Shown piece by piece: positions 1 through 12,366 of a stretch of 64,000 nucleotides of DNA; positions within the stretch are counted from its first letter, which is position 1, and each line of letters opens with the position of its first letter. The DNA lies in contig JBHGNT010000014.1 in assembly GCA_043228905.1 (NCBI GenBank), positions 6,386,001 to 6,450,000 on the forward strand, in the 5' to 3' direction. The notes beneath the pieces were generated by a model. It did no database searches. It saw nothing but the letters and a program-made list of their open reading frames with translations, and was not told where the DNA came from. This DNA is from Azolla caroliniana (Eukaryota > Plantae > Polypodiophyta). Both the position numbers and the translations under genes were made by a program.

Positions 1-137
1 GCCAAATTTCTAGAGTATTCCTAAGCCACTATAAAAAGAGGCACATGGCATTATTGAGAACCAAATCGGTTCAACGCCAGTCTTCAGCCTCCTAGCTATT
101 CCTGTATATTCTCTTCATATAATAAACAACCGCACTA

Positions 138-2571
138 GATAATAAACAACTGCACTTGAGCATGAACCTTAAGTGAGCACCCATGTATTCCAAGATGGTT
201 GAGGATATGTTACAAATGACAAATATACAACATGGTGCCACACTAGAATGCAAATGGGAAGCTTTCAAGAAAGTCATTCTCTCCTGTACAAACAAATGTT
301 TTTCGACCAACCGCACATCTTGGAAATGCACCAAGAAACTTAGGAAAAAATGGTTTGATAAAGAATGTCGTGAAGCTCGAAAGTGCCATATGGTTTCGGA
401 TGTAGTTAAGGATAAAGAGAATTACCAAAAGAACGCAAGAGAAATCACATGCATGTGCTAAATTTTGGGGAAATCTAAAGAGGAAACGTGTTGGGAGAAT
501 TTATATGAGTTATCTCTTGCCGGAAAGATGATGTGTTATGGTTCTCTTTCATATATGCCTCCCTTCTTTACAATTGAAGATATATGCATAGGACTTCAGA
601 AATTGGCCTCTCAAAAGGCAAGCGATCTTCAATGTATAAAGGTTGAAATGCTCAAATGGACGGGAAAGGAAGCACATGTATGGATAAGCGATATGTTTAA
701 TGATGCATTGCAACATGGTATGTTGTACGATTGAACTACAAATTGGATCAAACCTTTACATAAAGGTGGAGATGTAAATAATGTAAACAACTATCGAACC
801 ATCATGGTTGGCTCATTAATGACAAAACTGTTTAGATGTATAATGGAATCAAAGATAAGTGTATGGGCTGAAAAAAATGGTAAGAGAGCTTATGGACAAG
901 CTAGCTTTCGAAAACACCATAGCACCATTGATCACCTTATCACCCTTCAAGTATTAATGGAGGAAAGTCGCCTTAGAGGTAAAGGTTTATATTGTTGCTT
1001 TGTAGACTTCAAGAAAGCTTTTGATATGGTACCTCGTGAGCATCTTTGGAGGCAAATGGAAGAACTTGAGGTGCCAAGTGAATATATGCTTGCAATTTCC
1101 CGAATTTATGAGAAGGTTATATGTTGTGTGCACATGAGAGATAAACTTTCATATTTTTTCAAAAGGACTATTGGTGTTAAGCAAGGATGCCCACTCTCAC
1201 CAACACTATTTGGTTTGTGCATTGATGAATTGAAAGAAATGGTTACCAAGTTTGCAAAGGAAGAATGTGCTAAAGAAGTTGCATTGGGAATGTTGTGATT
1301 ATGTTTTTGCTATATGCAGATGATGTAGTGTTTTTTGCAAATACTTTAGGAGATGCACAAAAGCTTATCAAGGCAATTGAAAAATTTTGCACGCATACTA
1401 AATTAAGTGTCAATAGCTCTAAAACAAAGATTATGCTTGTGAAGAGCCAAAAAAGAGATAAACCATGCATTATGTACAACAATGAGCCACTTGAATGTGT
1501 GGAAAGCTTCAAATATCTTGGCCTTGAAGTTCCTTCAAATCATAGATGGAATGAATGTGCTACACGGCGCTTAGAGGTGGGTAAGCGAGCATACTATGCA
1601 TTTGAGCACACATGCAATCTTGGAGATATTAAGTGTTGGGTCCTCAAGAAATATCTTTTCGACACTTTGGTAACACCAGTTTCTTCTCTATGGGGTGGAA
1701 GTATGGGGCGGTAGCATCCCTAAATCTATGTGGAAAGAGTTTGAAAATGTCCAAAAACGTTTTCTTACAAAGTTTCTACAAGTTAAGAAAGAAATGCCAT
1801 ACACCCTCCTCCTCCTTGAGACGAGATCGCTTCCCATTGAGATCATGGCCATGGAAAGGGTTGTTGAATACATGCTTAAGGTTCAAAAAAGTCCCTCGCA
1901 TCAACTTCCTAGAATTGTGTGGGAAGCAAGCAAAAAGATCCAAAAGATGCATAAAAGCAAAATTTTGTGTTCCAGTTGGATGCAAGATATAGAAAAATGC
2001 TTTGGTAGATGGGATGTGAGACACTTGCTTCATGATGTAAATGAGGCCTTTTTGCAACGCCAATGTATCATGACATGGGACAAATGTGGAGGCTCACGCT
2101 TCACACATTATACTACACATGTTGCACCTAACTACAAAACACTATTCTTTGCAGAACGGGGAAATCGTACACATCGATACATGTTAGAGCCCATACCATT
2201 ATCTGTCATTCAAACCATTGCTTCCATGCGACTTAGCTCACATGCATTGCGATGTGAGACAGGGCGTTGGGGGACAAGTGATGAGAGTGGTCGGCTATGC
2301 ACATTTTGCCCTAAACAAGTTCGTGAGTCTGAGTATCACACTTTGATACAATGCTCTATCTTTGATCATATTCAACCATGCTTTCCACATCTCTTCGACC
2401 GAGCCCAATCCTTGCATGAATTCCTCTCACAACCACAATGTGCACTCTCGATTGCAACATTCATTGGTAAAGTTCTTGAACATCGAGAGTCACTACTCAC
2501 TTTCACACGTATCACGTGAAATGTAATATTTTTTGTCTCATAGGTCATATTTGACCTCCGAAGACGATAAT

Positions 2572-2607
<36 letters not shown>
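138..2607 (+). mobile_element. Non-LTR retrotransposon (LINE, RTE-X-like) copy 1, 5'-truncated and frameshifted; RT and C-terminal CCHC domain; ends in (CT)n
   Basis: ORF pieces 183-2519 carry KKWFDKEC, CCFVDFKKAFDMV, GVKQGCPLSPTLF, LLYADD, FKYLG and RLSSHALRCETGRW..RLCTFC..ESEYHTLIQC. Short 3' UTR, then (CT)n at about 2576-2607. Clade assignment is inference. Confidence 0.9.
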
Positions 2608-2611
<4 letters not shown>

Positions 2612-2818
2612 TCACCCGCGAGTTCTACACCCCACTTAGTACTAATCCTCATCTTTTAGTACTAATTCCCTCTTTATCTTAGTGTTATTCCTGACAATCT
2701 ATCTTTGTTATCCTTATCATATGCTTACTTTAGAACATAACTCTAACAAGATAACTCATATAGATTCGTACAATGCATAGACAAGTAAAGAAGAGTTAAG
2801 TCAACATAACTATCAACA
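2608..2818 (-). mobile_element. Probable LTR fragment lying between the two LINE copies
   Basis: Begins TGTTG on the minus strand exactly where LINE copy 2 stops matching copy 1. AT-rich with short internal repeats; runs into the (CT)n/(GA)n tract. No partner LTR seen. Confidence 0.3.
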
Positions 2819-4118
2819 CGTTTCCCCTTTAAATTTCCCAAAATTTAGCACATGCATGCGCTTTCTCTTGCATTTGGAGAAATTGTTGAGTAACTTCCCA
2901 TATTCTTCTCTTTCTTTGAATAAGCCTTTTGTACTCATGCAAACACTTTTGATAATTTTTCTTATCCTTAACTACATCCAAAATCATAAGGCACTTTGGA
3001 GCTTCATGACATTCTTTATCAAACCATTTTTTCTTTGAACAACATTTCCAAGATCTGTGCTTGGTCGAAAAACATTTGTTTGCACAAGAGAGAATGACTT
3101 TCTTAAAAGCTTCCCATTTGCATTCTAATGTGGCACTATGTTGTATCTTTGCCATTTGTAACATATCCTCAACCATCTTGGAGTACATGGGCGCTCGCTT
3201 AAGGTTCATCCTCAAGTGGGGTTGTTTATTATCTTCAATGGCCTTCTCACAATCAAACCTATGCATACATTTGAGGTCAATACATAAAGCCCTATGATCA
3301 TATTCTGGTGTCCATTCACCAAGTAAGAACTTAGGTATACGATCCAAAATACCTTCAAAAAGTAGCACATAGTCAATTACACTATTTCCATTGTGTTTTC
3401 TACATGTAAAACCATTAGTGTTGGGCCATAAGGAGACAGCATTTGCAATAAGCAATTCGGTACTATTGCACATTTGTAGGAGTAACTTCCCACTTCCCAA
3501 ATTGGTCCAGATCTTTTTCATCGCTAGACGAGCGGCTATACATTTGTATACCCTCTTGCATCCTTGAGATATGTGGCATGAAAGATTGTTGTGCATCAAG
3601 TTGGAAACTTCTTGTATGGGCATTCATGTCACCAAAGACAATAACTTCCCCTTTGGAATTGAAATAAGCAATATCATCTTCTAGATTAGCAAAAGGTTGA
3701 TCCATCTCCAAACAAGCATAAAAGTTAGAATCTTGATGAGGAATGTAACATCCAACTACAAAAGTGGGCAAATCATTAGGTGTTTCTATTTTGAGCCATA
3801 TGTAGCATTTATGTTCATCATTTTTTACGATTCACACATATTTCTCTATTTCCTTCTTAATCAAACATGCCACCCCTCCTTGTCCTCTTTTTTGTCTTGG
3901 ATTTTTCTCCCATATCAAAGAGTGTACATTATAGTTTCTTACGCCTTGAATCCTTTGAGTATCATGCTCCCATGTTTCAACAAGAAGTGTCATATCTGAA
4001 TCATCAGTGAACTCCGTTATGCCAAATCCCGCACTCCATGAGTATCCATTGCAATTCCAAAAGCATAGTCGTAAAAGACGTGGGTTAGTCTCATAGGTCA
4101 CATGTCCTTATTTTCCTA
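2815..4118 (-). mobile_element. LINE copy 2 (same family), 5' part with APE endonuclease, RT part missing
   Basis: ORFs 3832-4101, 3463-3771 and 2829-3623 give APE motifs CFWNCNG, LVETW, GGVACLI, CYIP, VFGDMNAHT, SVIDYVL and DHRAL. The MYSKMVEDMLQM..KKWFDKEC segment is homologous to 183-461. Flanked by (GA)n at 4119-4132. Confidence 0.88.
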
Positions 4119-4395
4119 GAGAGAGAGAGAGAATATGTTGACAAACAGAACATTATATTTCAAAAATGGTCAACCTTACAATATGCTAACAAAGCATCTT
4201 ATATACAAAATGCTAACACAAGTACAGTCAACTTATTTAATGTCCCTGATACTAATTTACCTATAATATTCCTATACCTAAGTTAGGAATCTAGGTCCTA
4301 TAATCTAGTGTCCTAATGGCGAGACAACCGATTTGGACTTTCGGCCTTTCAGCTTATAGCCCATCCAGCTTCTTGTTGAGCTTGCTTTCTCAACA
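4119..4395 (-). mobile_element. Partial Copia LTR related to the LTR of element C (53628), cut at its (CT)n tract by LINE copy 2
   Basis: Minus strand starts TGTTGAG..CAAGCTCAACA. Shares AAAGGCCnAAAG, TAGGAATATTATAGG, TACTTGTGT and a downstream CT tract, in the same order as 53628-53910. Confidence 0.65.
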
Positions 4396-4784
4396 TTCAC
4401 CAAGCCCATAAATGTATTGGTGTGCGACACAATTCTCTTGAGCACCATCTGAGTACTTCAACTTCACAAGTTTTCTCATCAATGACACCTTATCAAGGGC
4501 TTTTTTCCGCTCATACATGCCTGCAAGCTTATGCTACAACTCATAAGCATTTGTATCATTGGCCACATGTTGAAGTATATACTCACATCAACGAATTGTC
4601 TCATTGTTGTTATAGCCTTTCTATGAAGAATCTTCCACTAAGATTCTACTACCACCGTCGGTATATCTTTTCTACCTATCGGCTAATACAAGTCTCTCAC
4701 AATCAAGAGATCCTCATAACGTATGTATGTATGTATATATATACTTCCAACTTTCGGCCCTTTTACCCCTACGAGTAGCACTAG

Positions 4785-5600
4785 TCAACGTCCAAATACC
4801 ATTTGGACCTCTTCTCCCATGAAGGCAAACACAACATTTCTTGGAGAATTTCTTGATATGACCAAAGTTGTTTCAGAAAAATATTTGGGCTGACCTTGGG
4901 CATTGCATTTTGGGAGCATCCTCCAAGTGCTTTTTTGGGCATTTTGAATGTCGATATCCATCGGGACAATACCGGTGGGATCTAACAACAGGTCTGGGCA
5001 AGGTGTGGGGGACAGGATGCCTATCTATGGGTTGTATGTCGCCTCAATATGTTGGATGATCTCGATGGCATCATGGTAAGTGTTGGGGCCTTGATGTGCA
5101 ACGTTGCACAAGATGTCATGCCGTAGGCGAGGATATAAGAAAAAGAGCTTCATTTCCTTGGACATAGATGCAATTGGGTGAGCTTAACAACGAACTATGC
5201 AACTAGCTAAAATCATTGTTACTTTAGGGACTTCAATTGTTGCATGGCAATTTGATTGGCATTCCCATGCAAGTAACTTTGGACCATGAGTTGCTGCAAA
5301 TTCTATCATGATTGCTTGATTGCAATGGGTCGTATCAACTACGTTGCCATAATGCCTTTGAGAAGAGTCTTGATCTCGTGAGCATTTTGGTCATCAATCC
5401 ACCGGTGATAATCAATGACATTCTCGAAGTGATCTATCCAGGCTACGGGGGATGGGAGGGTGGTTTTTGCGAAGTTATGAATTACATGATGGATTGATTG
5501 GTTCGTCATGGCTTGAAGCATTTGTTCCATTTGAGGAGCAGGGCGAGAGTTCGTGCTATCCTTCTCGATGTCGGTAAGCATCGCGGAGTGCTCATGAGCT
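4785..5600 (-). mobile_element. Decayed Ty3/Gypsy gag remnant
   Basis: WIDHFENVIDYHRW (gag-like) followed by VPMDID and a degenerate zinc-knuckle-like stretch (PKYF..SRNSPR); many stops. Confidence 0.5.
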
Positions 5601-6345
5601 TACACGATGCCAAATTAGTTGAGAGTCGGAAGAGTCCGCTTAGGTGCGGGAGAAGTACCTGTCATCTCCACTAATATGTGTGATATACACAAGAAGCACG
5701 AGGGGGAATCTGCCCTCCCTTATTGGTGGGCAGATGCTCCACTTATATAAAGACCCAAATAGGCAATATAGATACACACATGGCACCTAATTGTTACACA
5801 TAGCGGGCACATGGCGCCTCACATAGCCACTCCACAATATATGTATGTATGTATGTATGTATATACATAATTTTAAATTGCAGCACTAAATGTTGTGATT
5901 TTTACCCCCAACACTCTACAATGCATTGCTTTTTGCAAGCGATGCTAAATTTAGTAGCTAGTGATGCACACTTTCTGCAACATTTAACGTCGTCTTTTTG
6001 TAAGAAATGACACATCAATAAGTGCCTTGTTTGCAATAGTGAGATATTAACAATCATCATCACATTTTCGTTGCATTCAGTTATGCATGAGGCTTAACCT
6101 CGCGAATTGTAGTCAAACTAGTTTGTGGCAATGAGACGTATCGACAAATTGAGAGCATTAAACTTAAAAATATTGTATCGACAAATTGCAAAACTTCTCC
6201 CATGCAAATTGTAAGTGGATGACAAAACAATAGAAAGTATTATTGTCTTCTCAAGAACCTCAAGGTTCTGTTGGAAGTTCATACTCATTGACTTCTATTA
6301 TATCAAGCCAGTAAACTTTGATGAGGACAACAATAAACCTTTGTG

Positions 6346-6381
<36 letters not shown>

Positions 6382-9059
6382 CACTCACATACAATGTGGA
6401 TACAATTTCTTTCTGACATCTATATTTCTATATTGAAAGAGGCACATAAACCTAATATATATATATATATATACATACATACGTATTGTTGGTTGGTTGG
6501 TTGGAGAAAGGTGAATTAAAAGGATTTCAATTATGAAAGAAATACTTAACATGTCTTGTCAATTTTCCTTTTGATGATCTTCAAAACCTTCAGGTTTGTC
6601 TCTCCTACATTATTAGAATTCAACACAATCTATGGACACTTTATTCTTTGAAACCAATATACATCTTTTCTGATTGAAAAGTTTACTTATAAAATGTTGT
6701 ATCATATTTTACTGATTAACATTTGAATACACACACATACGAACCCAACTACCATTTCATTCACATCTAAATGCAACACACATAGAGATTACCAAATAGA
6801 TTGCGTAAGTTTTTAAATGTGTCATCCTCATAAGTTGTCCACATGCCTAAATTTTTCCCATACATTAAATTAACAAACAATAGGAGCTATAGAATTACAC
6901 TTTAATGAATATGTGTAATTGTTAGAAAGGCCACTCTCATGATATTATGTCATTAAGTTATACATATTTGGATTTGTGTCTCCATTCATTATACGGATAT
7001 CACTAATGGCCCCTTACCAAATTAAAGGAAGAATACAATGTACTTGAGCATTTTAAATTTTCTCTTCCCATGCCTTCAATTCTCCTTTATTGTTATTGTT
7101 GCTCCTAGCTATTCTACATTATTTGTATATCTACTGACATCTAGTGAGATACTCCTTGTTTTTTACCTACATTAAGGAGAGGCATAAGTGAGCGATCTGT
7201 TAAGATCGCATGAAATTCCACAAACTCCAATATACTTTTGAGTAGATGCTTGGACGTTCTAGTGTGTATTATCTGTTGTTGCATTTAGGATCCACCATAA
7301 AGCTTACATGGTATGAGATGAATTTTTTGAGTTTCATGTGAATCTGTAATAGAGTGAAGGTAACTTTTTTGAAACATTTGTTAAGATGAAAAGCAACGTA
7401 AAAGTGTTACACCCAAAATCACAAAAATTTAAGGGATAATGTAGGAGAGGAAACATTCATCAGTACTCGTCTAGCTTGATAAAGAAATGAGCCGATGAAA
7501 GTAAATTTTACACATGAGTGTTGAGACTTTTTTTCTTATCTTTCTAGAGGTTTGCTATCGTACAAGGGGTACGGCTCATCCGTAGAAATTTGGGTTGCCT
7601 AGAACCCTCTTTTGCATTGGACACATGCAAAACCTAACTAGATCATGGGCTCACGCTGCTTGGACAACGCCATAAACTAGGAATTACCATAAGGAAGTGT
7701 TTGAAATGTTTGTGAAGATTTTGTGTACTATACATAGAGTAAAAAGATCAATTTAAATAAAAGGATGAAAAGGGAAATCTTTGGAGAATTGCCAACTTGG
7801 ATGTCATAGATTGTGTAATGTTTGTTGGATTTCGAACACATGGGTAAGGAGGACATGAATGGGGTAGAAGGACGTGAAAAGTCTTTATGCTATTAAAAGT
7901 CATGGAAGGGTATAAATGTGTGTCCAATAAGGAGATTATCTTAACTTAAACTAGACCCTTTTTTAATAGATGGTTGAATTCACACTATATACTTGGAAGG
8001 GTATAAATATGTGCCCAATAAGGGATTTGCACTACAAAAGACCCACTCTATTTCTCACCGAGTGGAAAAGTCTTCTTTTTTCTACCATCAATAGTACTCT
8101 GTACAAAAGGTGTGGAAGAAGAAATATAGCTTCTTACTTTGGTTGGTTGTTCTTATAGATGAAGGAGAGGTAGAAGATGTTTAAAGGCAATGAAAGACAA
8201 TAAAGAGATCACATTTCCCATTGGCATGTACAAAATTAATAGTCATTAGTGAAAATTACACTATGGACTCAAACATATTAAAAAGAGCAATTGTTTCTCA
8301 TGGTTTATAGTCTGAAACCAGCTTTAGGCAAAGGACAAAGCCTTATGTTTACTATATGTACCCTTGGTAGAAACGATTTGAGACCAATCACATCACCTTG
8401 TGTTTGATTGGTCTCTTGTTGCAAGATGAAGAGAAAGAAAAGAGAGTTGTGTGTGTGTATGAGAGAGAGAGAGAGAGAGGTGTGATTTCACATTGGTGTG
8501 TGAGACTTATTATGACAGAGAGTTAAGAGAAACAACATGTAAGGTGTGAGAGAGCGAGTGTGATTTCATATCGATTTGTGTGAAAATGTTACGACAACAA
8601 AAGAAGAGGTTTGAGTTACAAAAGGTGAAAAAAGTGATGTTTTTCTACCGTATAAATGTAAAGAAAAATAAAAACACAAGAAAGCTTAGTAGGTCTGTGG
8701 TTTGGCCAGGGGGAATAGATAGGGTAAGTGTACTTAGGCTAGTGATTATGACGTATACCATATAGGCACGAAAAGGGAAAAGTAAAGCGAGAGTAGCAAA
8801 TGTAGTAGCCACAATGTGTTCTAGAGGAAACAAGCAAATGCCGTATGTGGACAATGGAGAGTGTGAGTTGCGCGCTACATGGGGGAGCGAGAGAGATGCA
8901 TATTGTTAGGTTTTAGCTTACCGAGAAATCAACCAAACCAATAATGCACATTTGAGGGATATTATCGAGTCTCGACAAAAGAAAGAAGGTACGGCAGTAG
9001 CTTTCCGACAAAATTGAACTGTGCACCCACACACCCACACACACTTGCATAGATATATG

Positions 9060-9097
<38 letters not shown>

Positions 9098-9743
9098 GAG
9101 TATTACGGCCTGCCTAATCGTCATCGTCTTTGCCCTCCATGTCATTCATTTAATGATTTGAAACCAAGTGTGGTATGTATGTAGAGAGGTGAGGGTTTGC
9201 ATACATACATGATGATGAATGTAATGCACACACAACAAACAAGCCTTTATTTATTTTGCTTTTGGGCCAATGAATGGGAAAGTATTTGTACAACCCCTTT
9301 TTTTTTTAAGAAGGGGGGGGGGGGACCAAAAGGAGAAAGCTGTCCAAAACTAATGTGTGTAAATGGTCCCATGCCACCCCACCCTTTTTCTCTATTCTAT
9401 TTATCCAAAAGAAAAGGGTCTCTTTTCTCTTTTCTTTTGTCTTATCTGCTTGCTTCTTTAATTTGCCCCCATTTCCCTTATTCTCTATTTTGATTTGTCC
9501 GCCCAAAATGAATTACCCCTTCATCTTCTTCTTCTTTCTTCCTTTCTTTTTTGTCTTTGTCCGCCCAAAAGGGCGGACGGACATTACTACATACATACAT
9601 ATACTTACTAGTACTACCCAGGTCCCAAACCAATCCATCATCCATCCCCAAATTAAATTAAATAAATCTATACATACATATTCATTTCTCAAACCTTCCG
9701 TTCGTTCTTTTTTATCATCTTCACTTTCGTCAAATCGCGACTT

Positions 9744-9797
<54 letters not shown>

Positions 9798-9876
9798 GCT
9801 TTCCTCTCTTTCTTTCTTTCTTTCTTTCTTTTATTTTCTTATTTCTTATTATTTTCATTTTGGTATTATTATTATT

Positions 9877-10056
9877 GCGACGTTACGTCGCCATCCGATC
9901 GCCTGCTGACTCAGCCGAACGCGATGTGACGTGGGCCAATGGGAGGAGCGCAGGGGCTGGCCGACGTGGCAGCCCACCTGGCGGGTTCCGGCCCAGCCCC
10001 ATCAGGTGGGGCTCGCTGCCATTGGCGGGCCGTGCCGACGTGGCCGATGACGTGGC
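9877..10056 (+). promoter_or_regulatory. GC/CpG-rich proximal promoter of NF-YA with bZIP-type ACGTGG boxes and CCAAT boxes
   Basis: Palindrome GCGACGTTACGTCGC 9877-9891; TGACTCA 9907; GACGTGG at 9928, 9963, 10037 and 10049; CCAAT 9936; ATTGG 10021. Followed by (AAG)n/(CTT)n and a donor AG|GTAACC at 10396/7. Confidence 0.6.
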
Positions 10057-12366
10057 GCCTCTGTTCAGCCTCCTCTGTTTTTTTGTTTGTTTTGTAAGAA
10101 GAAGAAGAAGAAGAAGAAGAGAGAGAGAGAGAAAGAGAAGCCGAAGGAAGGAAGGAAGGAGTTCAAAAACAAGCTTGGTGGCGTGGCTATGGCGTCGTCT
10201 GTGACCGGCAGGCTCTTTTTCTGTTCAAGCTATGGTGGCCTCCTCCCTCTTCTTCTTCTTCTTCTTCTTCTTCTCTCCTAGCAATTCGAGTATATAGCCA
10301 TAAGTTTAGAATATACAGACAGACAGACAGACAGATAGTCAGTCAGTCAGTCAGTCATACTGTCGCTCGCAGCTCCAGAGACCTCAGCAATTAGAGGTAA
10401 CCTCGCTTATCACCATCACTAGACTAGATTCACCCTTCTTTAGGAAAATCTGCTTCTTCCTGTACTCTAAATTAGGATAGGAGAATAGAATTTAGGTGAT
10501 TAAGCTTTAAAAAATGTGGTGGAGGCAGCTCACCTCCTTCACCACATAATCCGACTTGCTAAAATGGCTTCCCACAGCAAATCCTATCTCGATCTTGCTC
10601 TTCTTCTACTCTGTGCTTCGATTTGATCTTTTTATCAGAAAAATTTCCCAGCTTCTTCAGAGGTAATTGCTTGATCACCTACATCACGGTTTGTTATACG
10701 TCTGTCTATTCAGCTATGACTTGATTATGTGGCAGACATCTGATGTCCACTAACTAACGCACGCTTTCCATTGATTCTCCCGCCTGTGTATTTGTTTCTC
10801 TTTCTCACTAAGAAGAAAAAGAGGTGAACTGCCTAATACGAAGCTTTCCATTGTTTCTTCTCTTCAGAATCTGACACACCCCAACGTGAAACTCCATGAA
10901 TTTTTTCTGCTTCGAGCTCCTGATTTCTAGTTTTTCAGATTAATATTCTATTCCTTGATTCGTAAGGCTTTCCACGATCTCTTCTGTCCGAAAAATTGAA
11001 TCTCACCAAATCCATAACTTTGAAGCGTCCTCATCAAGCAGGACTTCTTCATCAATCACGATTTAATGTTCACCTGAATCATTTCTAATCACAATTCGTT
11101 GGTAGATTATATGTATAGGCAAGCGTTCCACTGATGGTTCTGTCTGTCTGTCTTCAATCGAGCCTCGCTCATCGCTTTTCTCATCGATTCATGATGATTT
11201 CACGTGTTCGAACGTTTTCTGATGCAACGGAATAAATAAAGGCCTGATCACTTTTCCAATCATTATCTCTTCTCATCTCTGCAGAATCCATCGTTATTTC
11301 TTCCCTCTCGACTGTGCCATGCTTTCCATAGTTTAATTCCCTCCTGCCTGTGGTTCCCACTGTTTTTTTTTTTTCTCTGTATGTAAATTTGATCTCCGAA
11401 TTAACTGAGCATTGAATGGGATTCGGTTGAATTGATCGAGTACTGGCAGATTATTCCTTTCCACGTTTCCTTGCTCTTCTTCTTCTTCTTCTTCTTCTTC
11501 GTTTTCTTCAGGTTCAGTACACCCGTCCATGCTTCTTCTTCGCCTTGCTAGCTATTCTGCTTAAACTATAGAGGGGCCTCTCTATCAAAACGCAAGCTCA
11601 TGCTTCCTGATTCCTCAAAGGAACAAAAATTGATCAAAACAACTTTGCTACATCAGGCTATAGAATGAACGCCCTTGAAACTTCATTAATCTGTTCCCAA
11701 GATCATATTATTTAAGAACTCTTGACACAATCTGTCTCTACATTATCAGGCTATGGCGTAGGTAGGTCGCAGCTTGAATGGGTTCATCTGAAGCGATCCA
11801 TATTTTCAAATGAATCTTGTCTGCATATTATTGTTCAGCAGGCTATATAATATAACAAATTGTTCCTATTCTCCTTTCAGACTGTCGCTTAACTATCCAT
11901 CCTCGTGAAAAAGGGGGACTGGAATTTAATAAATAGGTTAGATCAGTCGCACCTCCAAACGTTCAATAAGCTGCCTGCGTATTCCGCACTGTTACAAAGG
12001 AGGGAGGGGGAAAGAAGATGGCAAACAACAATATCTGAATTGTAACTGAAGAAATAGTCTGTTAATTAATTGTGCAGGAAATCGTATAGCAGGTCATCGT
12101 CGCCATTGGACTCTATGCAGGCCTTCCTTGCTTATTACAGTATACCGCAAGGCAATCTTCGTTTTCCATGTAAAGCTGCAGATGTATGCATTAAATTTTA
12201 AGTGACCAGCAGATTTAACATCAAAAATCAACTGTCGCTGTTTATACTCAATCAATCAATCAATCAATCAACCAACCCAACAGTGAAGCAAATAGCATAA
12301 AACGTGGTGTTTTTGAGAAACGAGGTCTTCATTCAGCTCTCAATCTGCGAGACAGAAGAAGAGGGA

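Noticed and set aside
7905-8022. 29-bp direct repeat with TATAAAT
   Set aside because: Only two imperfect copies in TE-like DNA; no supporting structure.
9197-10281. ORFs of 64-184 aa upstream of NF-YA
   Set aside because: Translations of (CT)n, (AAG)n and the GC-rich promoter; no domain or coding signal.
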